Source: Azolla caroliniana (Eukaryota; Plantae; Polypodiophyta). From it: DNA of 64,000 nucleotides. The stretch spans positions 4,216,001-4,280,000 of the forward strand of contig JBHGNT010000021.1 of the NCBI GenBank assembly GCA_043228905.1. Direction: 5' to 3'. This document shows, one piece after another, positions 62,301 through 64,000 of the stretch (positions within the stretch are counted from its first letter, which is position 1; each line of letters starts with the position of its first letter). The position numbers were made by a program, and so were the translations under genes. The notes under the pieces are model-generated. The model was not told the DNA's origin. It did no database searches and worked only from the letters and a program-made list of their open reading frames with translations.

Positions 62301-62813
62301 AGCACACACATAAGCCCGGTATCCCGCCCAAGCTAAAGCCACAGGAAGCAACAAGCCTAAACAACTAAGAGACTGAACACCCCGTAGGAAGGTTTCACAA
62401 ATCCTCCCCACCCCCTTAACAAACATGCCGCAGGTTTGGATCCTTAAAAGTCACGGACCCAGAACCTCACACGATACCTGAGTGACACTCCCTCCATAGT
62501 CGCATCCTTAAGGTTCCTCAAAAGCCCTTAATTTACCCAATCCCCTACCACGTTCCACGTAGACCCCCGTTTAGACCGCCCTCACCATCGGTATCCGAAT
62601 CTTCTCCATCGATTCCTCCCTACCCTCTCGACCTCGCATCCCTGTCAGTTGTCCCTCGTTGTCGTGATTTATGTTCTATTAATGGTATTAGTTTTTATTT
62701 TTTATTTTTTATTTTCTATTATTTTTGTTGTTTGTTAATTTTATTTATTTATTTATTATCTTTTCTTTTTAAATTAATTAATTAATTTTTATATTTTATT
62801 AATTTTTATTTAT

Positions 62814-62845
<32 letters not shown>

Positions 62846-63614
62846 CTTTCTTTTTCCTTTTTCCTTTTTCTTTTTTTTGTTTTGCTCCTTCTTCTTCTTC
62901 TTCTTCTTTTTTCTCCTTCTTCTTTGCTCTACCTCCCCTTCCACCTTTTCTTCGCTCTCCTCTTTCTGCTTGTCCCCTCCCTTCTCACTCCACGCTTCCA
63001 CGCTCTGCAGCAGTCTTCCCCCCCTCCCCGCTCACACTATTCCTCCCCTCCCCCCCCCAATCTCTGTTCGTGGCTTTCTCCCACCCTCAGCAGCCCCGCC
63101 CCTCCTCCACCGGTTGCCTGCGCCAGTCGCCGCCTCGCCTCCCCCACACCTTGCTTTCCCACGCCTCGGGTAGGCCCTTTCCCCCCCCCCCCCCCCCTTC
63201 CTCTCGTTTTGACACACCACACTGCACTCCCCTCGTACTTGCCCTTCGTTCCTCTGTGGGGACCATGGCCGCCGCCACGACGCTGTCCTCCTCCTCTTGT
63301 CACCGGCACACTACGGGCCTCCCAGCCGTGGCGGCCATCGCCGGCACACTATGTCTACACTCCTCCCGTGGCAGCCATAGCCGTTGGCCCGTTGCCACTG
63401 CCCCTCCTCGTGGCGCTGCCCCACCGTCCCTACGTTTTTTTTTCTCTCTTTCTCTTCTTTCTTTCGTTCCCCCCGAGGTGGCTGCGACAGCCGCCTTGTC
63501 GTTTCACCCTCCCCACGTCATTGGCCGTTTCCAGCCCACTCCACCTCGTGGTTCGAGGGACCCAACCCCTCGAACCACCCGTTGTTCGAGGGGCCCAATC
63601 ACTCGAACTACCCG

Positions 63615-64000
63615 TTGTTCGAGGAGCTGCGAGAGGTAGTCGGAGGGGTCCTTAAAGAGGACCGGACGATTCCGGTATGTTCGGAAAGGATGTACGAAGT
63701 CATCGCGGACTTCAGTAGAGGGCTCGAGCCGGATCAGACGACCCGGGTGGACACTAGGTACAAGACTGTGGACCGGAAGGTGAGGCCAGTCGCGGCTCCC
63801 TTGCCGGAGGGCAGCGAGTTGCGAATAAAGGGGGTTGCGTCGGACCCAAGTTTACGAAATCCGGCCCGCATAGGACACACGTTCACCGACATAACGCTAC
63901 GGGAGTTCAAGGTCGGTGGTGGCGGCTTCCTACTGCCGGCGGAGGAGGACCGGTTTCGGGGAATGCTCGGAAGGCACTGGAAGGCTTTCGCATTCTCACC
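63615..64000 (+). mobile_element. Pol 5' fragment of the C/E family, running off the window
   Basis: EDRTIPVCSERMYEVIADF..YKTVDRKVRPVAAPLPE..GGGGFLLPAEEDRF matches C Pol. No LTR or gag upstream. Confidence 0.9.

Larger units (their letters stand above)
53393..62400 (+). mobile_element. Ty3/gypsy element D (non-chromovirus, Athila-like PBS); 3' LTR not in window
   Basis: 5' LTR 53393-53960 (TGTTAAG...CTTAACA) and PBS TGGCGCCGCTGCCGGGGA at 53967-53984 (tRNA-Asp type), followed by gag-pol. Right boundary uncertain. Confidence 0.9.

Noticed and set aside
62877-63655. Pro/Leu-rich ORFs as an env-like gene
   Set aside because: Low-complexity pyrimidine tract open in several frames, with no convincing start or domain.

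Overview
Land-plant nuclear DNA. The TE types look bryophyte/early land plant-like, but that is inference. The window holds two intact minus-strand host genes: a sphingoid-base C4-hydroxylase (SBH-type, 259 aa) whose coding intron is expanded to about 17.9 kb by nested TEs, and an S1-domain + CCHC zinc-knuckle RNA-binding protein (ZCCHC17/pNO40-like, 483 aa). The rest is transposons: degraded copia, LINE and chromovirus remnants, a near-complete hAT with an 8-bp TSD, a non-autonomous hAT, and a nested Ty3/gypsy stack from 40.4 kb to the window end. Most notable: (1) a very young tRNA-Trp-primed gypsy element (C) with a gag-PR / -1 frameshift (G_GAU_UUU) / RT-RH-IN layout and a 4-bp TSD; (2) pol-less partner elements (A, A', B) that share its PBS, PPT and LTR termini but encode Gag plus an acidic repeat extension, one with a tRNA-like Pol III segment in both LTRs; (3) a tail-to-tail fusion of two partner elements forming a ~4.4-kb inverted repeat inside the SBH intron; (4) a tRNA-Asp-primed gypsy element (D) whose integrase is fused in frame to a second aspartic protease. 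All calls come from reading the sequence; no searches were run.
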